Assembly: GCA_951406725.2 (NCBI GenBank)
Contig: OX597815.1
Coordinates: 58,156,001-58,220,000, forward strand
Reading direction: 5' to 3'
Length of the DNA: 64,000 nt
DNA from: Octopus vulgaris
Lineage: Eukaryota
Under the pieces are notes generated by a model. The model did no database searches. It was not told the origin of the DNA and saw nothing but the letters and a program-made list of their open reading frames with translations. The position numbers and the translations under genes were made by a program. Positions 27,074 through 41,860 of this stretch are shown here, piece after piece. Each line of letters opens with the position of its first letter. The stretch's first letter is position 1.

Positions 27074-27078
<5 letters not shown>

Positions 27079-27130
27079 AACCCATGCTAGCATGGAGAAC
27101 GGACGTTAAACGACGATGATGATGATGATG

Positions 27131-27133
<3 letters not shown>
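27074..27133 (+). mobile_element. RTE LINE 3' tip in (TA)n (an even shorter tip at 15841-15870, minus strand)
   Basis: GTCCAACCCATGCTAGCATGGAGAACGGACGTTAAACGACGATGATGAT matches RTE 3' ends at 9566 and 16661. Confidence 0.85.
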
Positions 27134-27171
<38 letters not shown>

Positions 27172-27385
27172 TTTATTTTATAGAAGGAGCTTCTACAGGA
27201 CTAGAACTGTTTCATTCAAAATAAATCATCAGGAATCTAGGTGACAAGAATAGTTTTGATGATTTCTTTTGAATGAAACAGTTCTAGTCCTGTAGAAGCT
27301 CCTTCTATAAAATAAATTAATTTACTCTGCTATGTATTGAGTACCTTATTTACTGTGGTTAACCCCGACTCAACCCGGGACCTAC

Positions 27386-27386
<1 letters not shown>
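27172..27386. mobile_element. Mini inverted-repeat element of the hammerhead family at 34975-40629 and 57412-58062
   Basis: 27172-27231 is inverted at ~27257-27317; minus-strand CTGATGA..GAAACAG..CTGTA core at 27188-27238; ends GGTTAACCCCGACTCAACCCGGGACCTACA then (TA)n. Confidence 0.85.
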
Positions 27387-27418
<32 letters not shown>

Positions 27419-27530
27419 TGTAAATATATATGTATATATGTATATATATATATGTGTATATATGTATATATATATATGTATATATGTATATATATATGTA
27501 TATATATATGTATTTATATGTATATATATG

Positions 27531-27561
<31 letters not shown>

Positions 27562-27671
27562 ATATATATATGTATGTATATATATATATGTATATATGTA
27601 TGTATATATATATGTATATATGTATATATATATAATATATGTATATATATATGTATATATATATGTATATA

Positions 27672-28088
<417 letters not shown>

Positions 28089-28089
28089 A

Positions 28090-29749
<1,660 letters not shown>

Positions 29750-30915
29750 CGTATACGCACTTATACTCTCTCATACACACACACACACACACTTATACAT
29801 ACCAATACGTACTACATACTAATACATACTAATACATACACCAACCCCATACATACGCACGTCCAGACCAATCCTACGCACTAATACTCTCTCATACACA
29901 CACACACACACACACACACACCCTTATACATACTAATACATACACCAACCCTATACATACACACATCCAGACCCCTCCTACGCACTATTAGCTGGTCCCT
30001 CAACCCTTTTATCAACCCTATTATCTCCCCTTATTTCGCTCTCGCGTCTCATGTTTGATCTTTGACCTCTGGCCGAAATCAGATCGCCATGTTGATTCGT
30101 TAGCTACTGCACGCATTTTTTTTCTCTCCTTCTTTCTGTGTTTTTCTCTCTCTGTGTATCTTTCTGTTGAAGAGCGTAGGCTCAAAACGTTAAAGACTTG
30201 TTTTATTTATATTTCCTGAGCGCCATACTAATACAATTGTTCGGTTGTTTTCCACCTGCCTTCGTCTTTTGTTTATTTTCATAAAGCTTCCCGTTATATA
30301 TTATGCGCTCAAGTGGTCTCACTTTTATCTTATATTCTACCAATACCACTATCAACACTTACCTCTACCTTGGATTTTCTTTACCTCTTGGATACTTACC
30401 ATTGGCTGCACCTCTCTTTCGCGGATCAAAGTGACTTTGCATTGATGTGAAATCCTTAAAAAATATACCACGACGTCTATACATTTCTCACCTTGAACTT
30501 TCAACCTTGAACTTGTTCGCATAAACTGTCCCGTTTGTTGTATTTTTTTTTTCTCTTATATTACCACTTTTTTTACATTCATTTCATGCTTTCCACATTT
30601 TCCTGAATTTTTGTTCTCCTTTCCGTCTTTCTTCCCTCTCTGGATGTCCATACTCCGTTTCCTCTGCCTGCACCCCCTTTTTTTGCCTCCCTCCTCTCTG
30701 CTTCCCTTCTTTCTTTCCCTTTTCCGTTTGCCCCGTCTTTTCTGCCCCTATCGCTTACTTATCTAGTTTTTTCATACGATTATTATTTTTTTGTTTTTTT
30801 GAACGTTTGTTTTTTCCCCTTTTTTCGCTATCCTTTTTTTCTATTTTTTTCATACGATAATTTTTTTTTTTGTTTTTTTTTGTTTTTTCGAACGTTTTTT
30901 TTCCGCTATCCCATC

Positions 30916-33900
30916 ATGCCGGATTCTAGGTCCTACCTCCTCACCCTCCATCACCGTTTGAAGGATCATCTCCGTTCGCTTCCTGTATATTGCCTTCAGC
31001 CGTCCGTTAATCTCTCTCTACTTCTTTTTAAAAAACCCGCTTCTCTAGCCATGTCTCTTTCCTAAGCCGCTGCCTACATCACCGACTCATCCCTAAAGGT
31101 TTCCGCCTCCACTTCCACCCTGCTCTCCACTCGGATTCTTCCATCTTACCCATACTCCGCACCACATCTTACCGCCTTATGCGGGCCACCATTCGCTCCA
31201 ATCTCTCCAAACTACATGCCATCAACCGCCTTCTTCCTCCTGCTTTCTCCACCCTCTTCTCCTCTCTGCCGCCTCTCTATGCTCCAAACACGCTACGCTT
31301 CATTATCCATTTGAATCAACTCTTCCATCAATTTCTTTCTGATACCAAACTTCGTAAACTCCAATCACTCTTCCATTCCACCCTACCCGACGCCACTACC
31401 CCAACTCCTCCACCACCCTTCTCCCCTCCCGATAGGCTCCATCCACCCACACCTAACCCCATGCCCCTCCCTACAACCCCTTCTCCCCTCCCGTTAGGCT
31501 CCATCCACCTACACCTAACCCTACTGCCCCGTCCAACCACCCCCCACACACCTCCCCAATCCCTCCCCCTCAGACCTCCACGAGACCTACCACCCCTCCT
31601 ACTTCTATTCCACCCACCCCTTCTCCACTTCCGTCTGTTGTTACCATTCCCCCCGATCTTCCCCTCTCTGCGGCTGAACGCTCCGTCCTTGGTAGGGGTC
31701 TGCGTTTCATCCCCCTCACTCCATCCTGTAAGGAATTCCAGACGCGAGTTGATGTCCACAGCTTTGTGCGCCGTGTCCGGTTGGGTGCGCATTACCACGA
31801 CTCGCCACCCACACCCAACGAAGAGGACTGCTTCACTGGCCTGGGCCGCCGACCATCCCCGTGGACGCCTGCCCCTGGCCAGATCCTAGCAGTGGATCTT
31901 TTCGCGGGCGCTTGTCAGCGTGCATTGGAGCGGTTCAACTTCTCCAGGCGCCAACGCCGCCTCAACATCTCCCCGGCTGAGCTCTTGGCTCTTCGTTCCC
32001 TCCAACGGCGCGCTGACATTATCATCAAACCGGCTGACAAGGGTGGAGCTGTAGTGGTGTGGCGCGCGGACCTCTATAGGGCCGAGGCTTTCCGCCAACT
32101 CAATGACACCTCCTTCTATTCCCCTCTGCCCTCTAACCCCACACGTAGCTACCAACAGACGGTATCCTCTACTGTCCAAGACCTCATCTCGTCCTCCCGT
32201 CTCCCCCGCACCGCATCCAACCTAATTGTGCGAACCCCACGTACCCCCACCATTTACTTCCTCCCCAAAATCCACAAACCCAACAACCCTGGCCGCCCCA
32301 TCGTCTCCGCCTGTAACTGCTCCACGGAGCTCATCTCTAAATACCTCGACCGTGTCCTTGCCCCCCTAGTGGCATCTCTTCCCTCCCACATCCACGATAC
32401 CAACCATGCTCTCCGGCTTTTCAACTCTTTCTCCTTTCCTCCCGGCTCCTCCAAAATCCTTTTTACTATGGACATCCAAAGCCTCTATACTGTTATCCCT
32501 CACCACGAAGGACTGCAGGCCCTTCGACACTTTCTTGACCTCCGCTCTAACCCTGTACCTGACACCTCCACACTCATTCGTCTGGCCGAACTTGTCCTTA
32601 CTCTGAACTGCTTCTCGTTCGCGGGCGAGTTCTACCATCAGGTCTCGGGAGTGGCCATGGGAACGCGAATGGGCCCCAACTATGCGAACCTGTTCGTTGG
32701 CTATGTTGAGGCCCAAATATTCTCTAATTTCACTGGTCCCACTCCTGAACTATATGGTCGTTACATTGACGACATTATCGGTGCCACCTCACTCTCCCGC
32801 GAACATCTAGATTCCTTCCTCTCTTTCGTCCAATCTTTCCATCCAGCCCTCCACTTCACTTCCACTATCTCCAACACCTCTGTCTCCTTCCTCGACATTT
32901 CGGTTAGCATTCTTCACTCCACTCTTACCACCTCCATTCACTACAAACACACAGACTCACACTCATACCTCAACTTCTCTTCCTCCCACCCAGAACACAC
33001 CAAGCTTTCCATCCCCTATTCCCAATTCCTCCGTCTACGTAGGCTCTGTAGTGACGACCATGACTTTGAGACTCAGTCTCAACGTATGGCTCACCACTTC
33101 ACCCTACGTGGATACCCCCTCACCACTATCCACACCGCCCTTGCCAGAGCACGGTCCGTGGACCGTGTATCTGCTCTCTCTCCCCGAACCCGCCCTGTAG
33201 TCTCCCGCCTCCCTTTTCCCCTCACTTACCACCCCACGACCCTACCTCTCCAACGCACCATTCTTCGAGCTTTCCGTCATCTCCAGTCCGACCCGTCCAC
33301 TTCACACCTCTTCCCTAACCGACCCCTCCCCTCTTTCAAACGAGCCCACAACCTTCGAGACCTTTTGGTCCATAGCTCCTTCCCTGACCCTACCTCCCAA
33401 CCCGGCTCGTTCCCCTGCTCCCGCCCACGTTGCCGCACTTGCCCTTACCTCTCCAACACCACCCGCCTCACTAGCACCCACCATCGACCCTATCCCATCA
33501 TCCACTCCTTCACCTGCACCTCCAGCAATATTATCTATTGCATCTCTTGCTCTCTCTGCAATTCCTTGTACATCGGACAAACGGGACGCCGCTTGGCTGA
33601 CCGGTTCGCGGAACACCTTCGTGACATCCACCTTGCGAACGACACACCGGTCTCACGCCATTTCCGCTCCACCGGTCACTCCTTGCAACACCTATCTGTG
33701 TTCGGTTTGTCCTTACACAGAGGCCATCCGGATTCCCGTTTGCGCCGTGAACAGGAATTAATCTTCTCTCTTCGCTCTTATACGCCATTTGGTCTCAACT
33801 CTCCCCCCTCCTCATCTAACCCCCTCTCCCCCTCCTCACCTATCCTTTCACCCCTACTCCCCTTCCCTTCTTCCCTCTTTCTCCCTCCCTCTTCCCATTC

Positions 33901-34123
33901 CCTCTGCTCGCTCACTCCCTCTCTCCCCTTCTCTCTCCCCTCTTCCTCTTTCCTCCTTCATCCCCCTCCTCCCCCACCCTCTCCTCTTCCCCCTCTCCTC
34001 CCCCTCCTCTTCCCCTCCCCTTCTCCCCCCTCTTCTCCCCCTCTTCTCCTCTCCTCACTACACCACATGACTTTACACATCACATCACATATGATGTGCC
34101 ATACTAATACACACACCAACTAA
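30916..34123 (+). CDS. PLE reverse transcriptase plus GIY-YIG endonuclease; N-terminal part frameshifted, 31766-34123 open
   Basis: IKPADKGGAVVV, YFLPKIHK, GRPIVS, MDIQSLYT, GVAMGTRMGP, RYIDD, FLDI, SIPYSQFLRLRRLCS, CSRPRCRTC, NIIYCISCSLC..LYIGQTGRRLADRFAEH, FGLN; upstream frames give LIPKGF and LSAAERSVLGRGLRFIP. Confidence 0.9.
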
Positions 34124-34335
34124 TACATACTAATACATACTAGTACATACTAATACATACACCAACCCTATACATACACACGTCCAGACCCCGCATACGC
34201 ACTTATACTCTCTCATACACACACACACACACTTATACATACCAATACGTACTAATACATACTAATACATACTAATACATACACCAACCCCATACATACG
34301 CACGTCCAGACCAATCCTACGCACTAATACTCTCT

Positions 34336-34370
<35 letters not shown>

Positions 34371-34602
34371 ATACATACTAATACATACACCAACCCTATA
34401 CATACACACATCCAGACCCCTCCTACGCACTATTAGCTGGTCCCTCAACCCTTTTATCAACGCTATTATCTCCCCTTATTTCGCTCTCGCGTCTCATGTT
34501 TGATCTTTGACCTCTGGCCGAAATCAGATCGCCATGTTGATTCGTTAGCTACTGCACGCATTTTTTTCTCTCCTTCTTTCTGTGTTTTTCTCTCTCTGTG
34601 TA

Positions 34603-34640
34603 TCTTTCTGTTGAAGAGCGTAGGCTCGAAACATTAAAGA
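34603..34640 (+). ncRNA. Minimal hammerhead-like motif in the 3' pLTR (5' pLTR copy at 30159-30196)
   Basis: TCTTT-CTGTTGA-A-GAGC-GTAG-GCTC-GAAA-CATT-AAAGA; core deviates from CUGANGA; 5' copy reads AAAACGTT. Confidence 0.55.
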
Positions 34641-34754
34641 CTTGTTTTATTTATATTTCCTGAGCGCCATACTAATACAATTGTTCGTTTGTTTTCCACC
34701 TGCCTTCGTCTTTTGTTTATTTTCATAAAGCTTCCCGTTATATATATATATGTG

Positions 34755-34788
<34 letters not shown>

Positions 34789-34827
34789 TATATGTATAAA
34801 TATATATGTATATATATATATGTATAA

Positions 34828-34883
<56 letters not shown>

Positions 34884-34904
34884 GTATACATATATATATG
34901 TATG

Positions 34905-34974
<70 letters not shown>

Positions 34975-34982
<8 letters not shown>

Positions 34983-35354
34983 TATAGAAGGAGCTTCTAC
35001 AGGACTAGTACTGTTTCATTCAAGAGAAATCTTCAGGAAGCTATTTAACAAGAATTGTATTAGCATTTATACATTTAGGCAGGTTTAAAGGAGTGGTGGT
35101 GGGGGACTTTTTGGGGGTAGGCATAGCGCAAAATATCATACTTGGGGGAGTGGTCAAGGAGTCAGTGGTAAGTTAGATGAAAGAATAGATAAATAAAAAA
35201 ATAAAAAAATAAAAAATATATATAAAAAATATATATATAAAAATATATATAAAAAAGGGGGGATAGAGTTATAGGTAAATAAGGAGATTCTCACTTATAC
35301 CTATACACACATGTATACGTATCTACACACACATATATATACACATATATATAT

Positions 35355-35409
<55 letters not shown>

Positions 35410-35859
35410 CATATATACACACATACATACATATCTACATACACACATACATACACCCGCCCACATATACAAATTTATACACATGCACATGCCTATACCT
35501 GTCTACACATACACACACGTATATATGCATACACTCACTCCCATGCATGCACGCATACACACATGTATATATATATATATATACACGACCACACATACAT
35601 ATATACACAGAAAAATATATATTCATACGCACATACACTCATGCACACACAACACACCTAGTTCCCTATATACACATATTTACACCTACATATACATACA
35701 CCCACATACACCTATGTACATATATATATATATATATATATACATATACACGCATACATATATATACATGTGTGCACATACATACATACACACATATACA
35801 TACACATACACATACACATGTGTACCTATACATACCTACACATGCACACATACATACAT

Positions 35860-35896
<37 letters not shown>

Positions 35897-36293
35897 CCAA
35901 TACAGGCCCATTCCCTAATTTTAATTTTATTATCTTCATTTATTACTTTTGTTATCTTTGATCGCTAGAGCTAAGAATCCTGGCAATGGCTGCATGTCCA
36001 TTTGTCTGTCTACTAGAAGGCAAGTACTCATTCCCGCACGCACACTCATTGGCACGTACATTCACCCATTCGTACACTCATACACATACACGTACGCACG
36101 CGTTATATTCATACATACAAACATCTACATACGTTCACGTATATACACATACGTACTCGTACCTACAGATTCGTGTCTACACTTTAGGAGGCTAGTCTAT
36201 ACATATACACCAATAAATATACATATATATATATATATACACACATATATACATACACACACACACATATATACTCCTACATACAGATACATA

Positions 36294-36337
<44 letters not shown>

Positions 36338-36509
36338 CATACACATACACACATACATATACACACACATACATACACATATATATACATACACAAACAT
36401 ATATACACACATATATATACATACACACATACACACATACATACGTATACATACATACATACATCCATACATCCATACTTACATGCATTTATACGCATAC
36501 ACACACCCA

Positions 36510-36546
<37 letters not shown>

Positions 36547-37194
36547 TCACACATACATATACAAATCTACGCACACATACATACATACACGTATACACAT
36601 ACACGCACATACACATATACATGCGTACCCATACACTTGCACACACGCACGCGCATCCATATATACACACACACACATATATATACACGTGTGCAAGCAT
36701 ACATACATACTCATACGCGCACACATACTTACATATACATATATGCACACACTTACACACATATATATATATATATATATACACATACACATATACATGC
36801 ATACATACATATATGCATACATACACACACGCACTCATATATATATATATATATATACATATATATACATATATATATATATACACATACATACACATAC
36901 ACATACATACACACATATACACACATACATATATATACATACATACACATATACACATACATATATACACATATACATACATATACATACACACACACAT
37001 ACATATATACATATACACTGATACACATACCCATACATATATATATATATATACACACACACACATATACACATGCATATACTTATATCACTACATACTC
37101 ACATATATAAACATATATACATATACACACATACATATATACATGTACATACACATACGTATGCATATATATATATATACACATATATATACCC

Positions 37195-37233
<39 letters not shown>

Positions 37234-37893
37234 TACATATACACATATACATGTATACATACGCAATAATGATACACATATATACACATACACACACACA
37301 GACAGATGCATATACATACATATATATATATAAATTACATATCTATATAAATACATACATAATACACATATACACACACATATATATACATTCATGCATA
37401 TACATATACAAGTATACATACACATACATACACACACACGCGCACACATACATATACACACACACATATACAAATACATACATACACACATACACACACA
37501 CATATATATATACATACATGTACACATATACATATATATATATATATATCAACAAGGGAGGGTAAAGTTAATTAGTTATTAATCAATTTCATCAAGTGTT
37601 CAGTATGTAAAGGGACCATTATTATTTTGAGTAAACAATGTTAGAGGGAAAAAAATTCTCTAAGTAGTGGAAGAGGCTAAAAAACTTTATTGGCTGCTAT
37701 TTCTAGAAAGTTTAGTATGTGGCAAAGTAATTTATTTTATTTTACTAAGCCCTAATTATATAATATTTTATACATACATACACATACATAAACACATACA
37801 TTTACACATACATATGCATATACATATATACACATATACATACAGACACATGTACACATATACACACACACACACATACATACAAGCACATAC

Positions 37894-37927
<34 letters not shown>

Positions 37928-38289
37928 GCGAATATATATACATATATATTTTTACATGCATACATACACACACACACACATAATACATGCGTATATTCCT
38001 ACTGTACCCATGCATTTCTATACATATATACATACATACGATACACATATACAAGCGTGCACATATAATATGTGAAAGGTCTTAGGAGAAAAGGTAATCG
38101 GGGGTGCTAGGGGAACAGTTGGGTTGGGGGGGTTGTACGGGGGGGGGGTTGTAGGGGGGGTTGTCATCAATCAGGTTGCCGGGTAGGTCTATAGTTCTTG
38201 TAGTTCGCATACTTCTTCTGTCTGTGTGTGTGTATGTGTATATATGTGTATCATTATTGCGTATGTATACATGTATATGTGTATATGTA

Positions 38290-38328
<39 letters not shown>

Positions 38329-38657
38329 GGGTATATATATGTGTATATATATATATATGCATACGTATGTGTATGTACATGTATATATGTATGTGTGTAT
38401 ATGTATATATGTTTATATATGTGAGTATGTAGTGATATAAGTATATGCATGTGTATATGTGTGTGTGTGTATATATATATATATGTATGGGTATGTGTAT
38501 CAGTGTATATGTATATATGTATGTGTGTGTGTATGTATATGTATGTATATGTGTATATATGTATGTGTATATGTGTATGTATGTATATATATGTATGTGT
38601 GTATATGTGTGTATGTATGTGTATGTGTATGTATGTGTATATATATATATATGTATA

Positions 38658-38703
<46 letters not shown>

Positions 38704-38992
38704 TGCGTGTGTGTATGTATGCATATATGTATGTATGCATGTATATGTGTATGTATATATATATATATATATATGTGTGTAAGTGTGTGCATATATGTAT
38801 ATGTAAGTATGTGTGCGCGTATGAGTATGTATGTATGCTTGCACACGTGTATATATATGTGTGTGTGTGTATATATATGGATGCGCGTGCGTGTGTGCAC
38901 GTGTATGGGTACGCATGTATATGTGTATGTGCGTGTATGTGTATACGTGTATGTATGTATGTGTGTGCGTAGATTTGTATATGTATGTGTGA

Positions 38993-39027
<35 letters not shown>

Positions 39028-39199
39028 TGGGTGTGTGTATGCGTATAAATGCATGTAAGTATGGATGTATGGATGTATGTATGTATGTATACGTATGTAT
39101 GTGTGTATGTGTGTATGTATATATATGTGTGTATATATGTTTGTGTATGTATATATATGTGTATGTATGTGTGTGTATATGTATGTGTGTATGTGTATG

Positions 39200-39251
<52 letters not shown>

Positions 39252-39648
39252 TATGTATCTGTATGTAGGAGTATATATGTGTGTGTGTGTATGTATATAT
39301 GTGTGTATATATATATATATATGTATATTTATTGGTGTATATGTATAGACTAGCCTCCTAAAGTGTAGACACGAATCTGTAGGTACGAGTACGTATGTGT
39401 ATATACGTGAACGTATGTAGATGTTTGTATGTATGAATATAACGCGTGCGTACGTGTATGTGTATGAGTGTACGAATGGGTGAATGTACGTGCCAATGAG
39501 TGTGCGTGCGGGAATGAGTACTTGCCTTCTAGTAGACAGACAAATGGACATGCAGCCATTGCCAGGATTCTTAGCTCTAGCGATCAAAGATAACAAAAGT
39601 AATAAATGAAGATAATAAAATTAAAATTAGGGAATGGGCCTGTATTGG

Positions 39649-39687
<39 letters not shown>

Positions 39688-40135
39688 ATGTATGTATGTG
39701 TGCATGTGTAGGTATGTATAGGTACACATGTGTATGTGTATGTGTATGTATATGTGTGTATGTATGTATGTGCACACATGTATATATATGTATGCGTGTA
39801 TATGTATATATATATATATATATATGTACATAGGTGTATGTGGGTGTATGTATATGTAGGTGTAAATATGTGTATATAGGGAACTAGGTGTGTTGTGTGT
39901 GCATGAGTGTATGTGCGTATGAATATATATTTTTCTGTGTATATATGTATGTGTGGTCGTGTATATATATATATATATACATGTGTGTATGCGTGCATGC
40001 ATGGGAGTGAGTGTATGCATATATACGTGTGTGTATGTGTAGACAGGTATAGGCATGTGCATGTGTATAAATTTGTATATGTGGGCGGGTGTATGTATGT
40101 GTGTATGTAGATATGTATGTATGTGTGTATATATG

Positions 40136-40178
<43 letters not shown>

Positions 40179-40629
40179 ATATATATATGTGTATATGTAT
40201 GTGTGTGTAGATACGTATACATGTGTGTATAGGTATAAGTGAGAATCTCCTTATTTACCTATAACTCTATCCCCCCTTTTTTTTATATATATTTTTATAT
40301 ATATATTTTTTATATATATTTTTTATTTTTTTATTTTTTTATTTATCTATTCTTTCATCTAACTTACCACTGACTCCTTGACCACTCCCCCAAGTATGAT
40401 ATTTTGTGCTATGCCTACCCCCAAAAAGTCCCCCACCACCACTCCTTTAAACCTGCCTAAATGTATAAATGCTAATACAATTCTTGTTAAATAGCTTCCT
40501 GAAGATTTCTCATGAATGAAACAGTACTAGTCCTGTAGAAGCTCCTTCTATATAATAAATTAATTTTACTCTGCTATGTATTGAGTACCTTACTTACTGT
40601 GGTTAACCCCGAATCAACCCGGGACCTAC
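34975..40629. mobile_element. Large inverted insertion (~2.35-kb arms) of a hammerhead-bearing, microsatellite-rich PLE-type 3' region
   Basis: 34975-~37308 is the reverse complement of ~38217-40561, including unique blocks (35893-36200 vs 39345-39652); right arm extends to GGGACCTACA at 40629. Confidence 0.88.
40493..40543 (+). ncRNA. Type I hammerhead ribozyme motif (copies: 34992-35042 -, 57498-57548 -, 57998-58048 +, 27188-27238 -)
   Basis: AGCTTC-CTGAAGA-TTTCTCATGAAT-GAAA-CAG-TACTAGTC-CTG-TA-GAAGCT: perfect stem I and stem III, GUA triplet, weak stem II. Confidence 0.78.
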
Positions 40630-40663
<34 letters not shown>

Positions 40664-40831
40664 ATATATATATATGTATGTATATATATATATATGTATG
40701 TATATATATATATATGTATGTATATATATATATGTATGTATGTATATATATATATGTATGTATATATATATATGTATGTATATATATATATGTATGTATA
40801 TATATATATGTATGTATATATATATATATAT

Positions 40832-41845
40832 GATTTTGATTTTGATTTTGATTTTTCCAGTTTCAGAGGCAATACAGAACCCTGAAGACACTAAGCACCT
40901 GCAATGTGAGCTGGACGAAATATACAAGTGGGCTGAAAAGAATAGCATGCAGTTCAATGCTGAAAAGTTTCAAGCTTTATACTATCAGCATGCAAAACTG
41001 AATGCAATACCCAATGAATACACTGGACCCGGAGGGATTGCAATCCCAGAGGCACAATCAGTGCGTGACCTGGGTATTCACATGAGTGATGACGCGACCT
41101 TTCATGTACATGTTGATAAACTGACAATGAAATGTAGACGGCTGGCTGGATGGATTCTTAGAACCTTTAGAACAAGAGAACAAGAAACCATGATGGTCCT
41201 CTGGAAGACACTTGTCCTAAGCCACTTTGACTATTGCTCTCAGCTATGGTCACCATCCAGTGTCAATTTGATCACAGAACTTGAGGCGATCCAACAAAGC
41301 TACACGAAGATAGCCTCTGTGCAGCATATGAGCTACTGGAAGAGACTCAAGAGATTAAAGCTCTATTCCCTGGAGCGTAGGCGAGAAAGATATGCCATAA
41401 TATATATCTGGAAGATCCTGGAATGTCTTGTCCCAGACTTTGGCATCGAAAGTCACACAAATGCCAGAACCGTACGCCACTGCGTAGTACCAAGGACTCC
41501 AAATTTGCCATCAAGAAGTAGGACAAGATATTGTGATAGCCTGGGCTTCAGAGGCCCACGGCTCTTCAATATCCTTCCCGAAGAACCTGAGGGACCTGCA
41601 TGGTGTGGCTGCGGATGTCTTTAAAGTAGGACTGGATCTTCTCCTGTCAGGTGTCCCGGATGAACCAACTTCACGGCAGGAGGTGCAGATGAGGGCAGCT
41701 GCATCGAACTCTCTCATGCATCAGATGGCGTTTGCTAAAAAGCATCCGTGAGGTAAAACCGTGTAGCAAACCAAATGGCGGTGCCCCAGCATGGCCACAG
41801 CTCATTAGCTGAAACGGGAAAATGAAATGAAAAAAATGAAATCAT
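40832..41845 (+). mobile_element. Family-A LINE 3' fragment preceded by a short inverted copy of its own 3' tail
   Basis: 40832-40866 (GATTTT)n..CCAGTTTCAG is a minus-strand tail fused to plus-strand AGGCAATACAGAACCC...; 3' UTR ends ~41845. Confidence 0.9.
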
Positions 41846-41860
41846 ATATATATATATATA

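Larger units (their letters stand above)
29749..34740 (+). mobile_element. Penelope-like element, Neptune-like, with direct pseudo-LTRs (29749-30296 and 34192-34740)
   Basis: ~548-bp near-identical direct repeats flanking an RT plus GIY-YIG ORF; inserted in (TA)n. Confidence 0.93.

Noticed and set aside
35949-39596. Paired 538/504-aa ORFs starting MLSLIARAKNPG
   Set aside because: Result of the inverted duplication; they begin at TTG and run mostly through microsatellite
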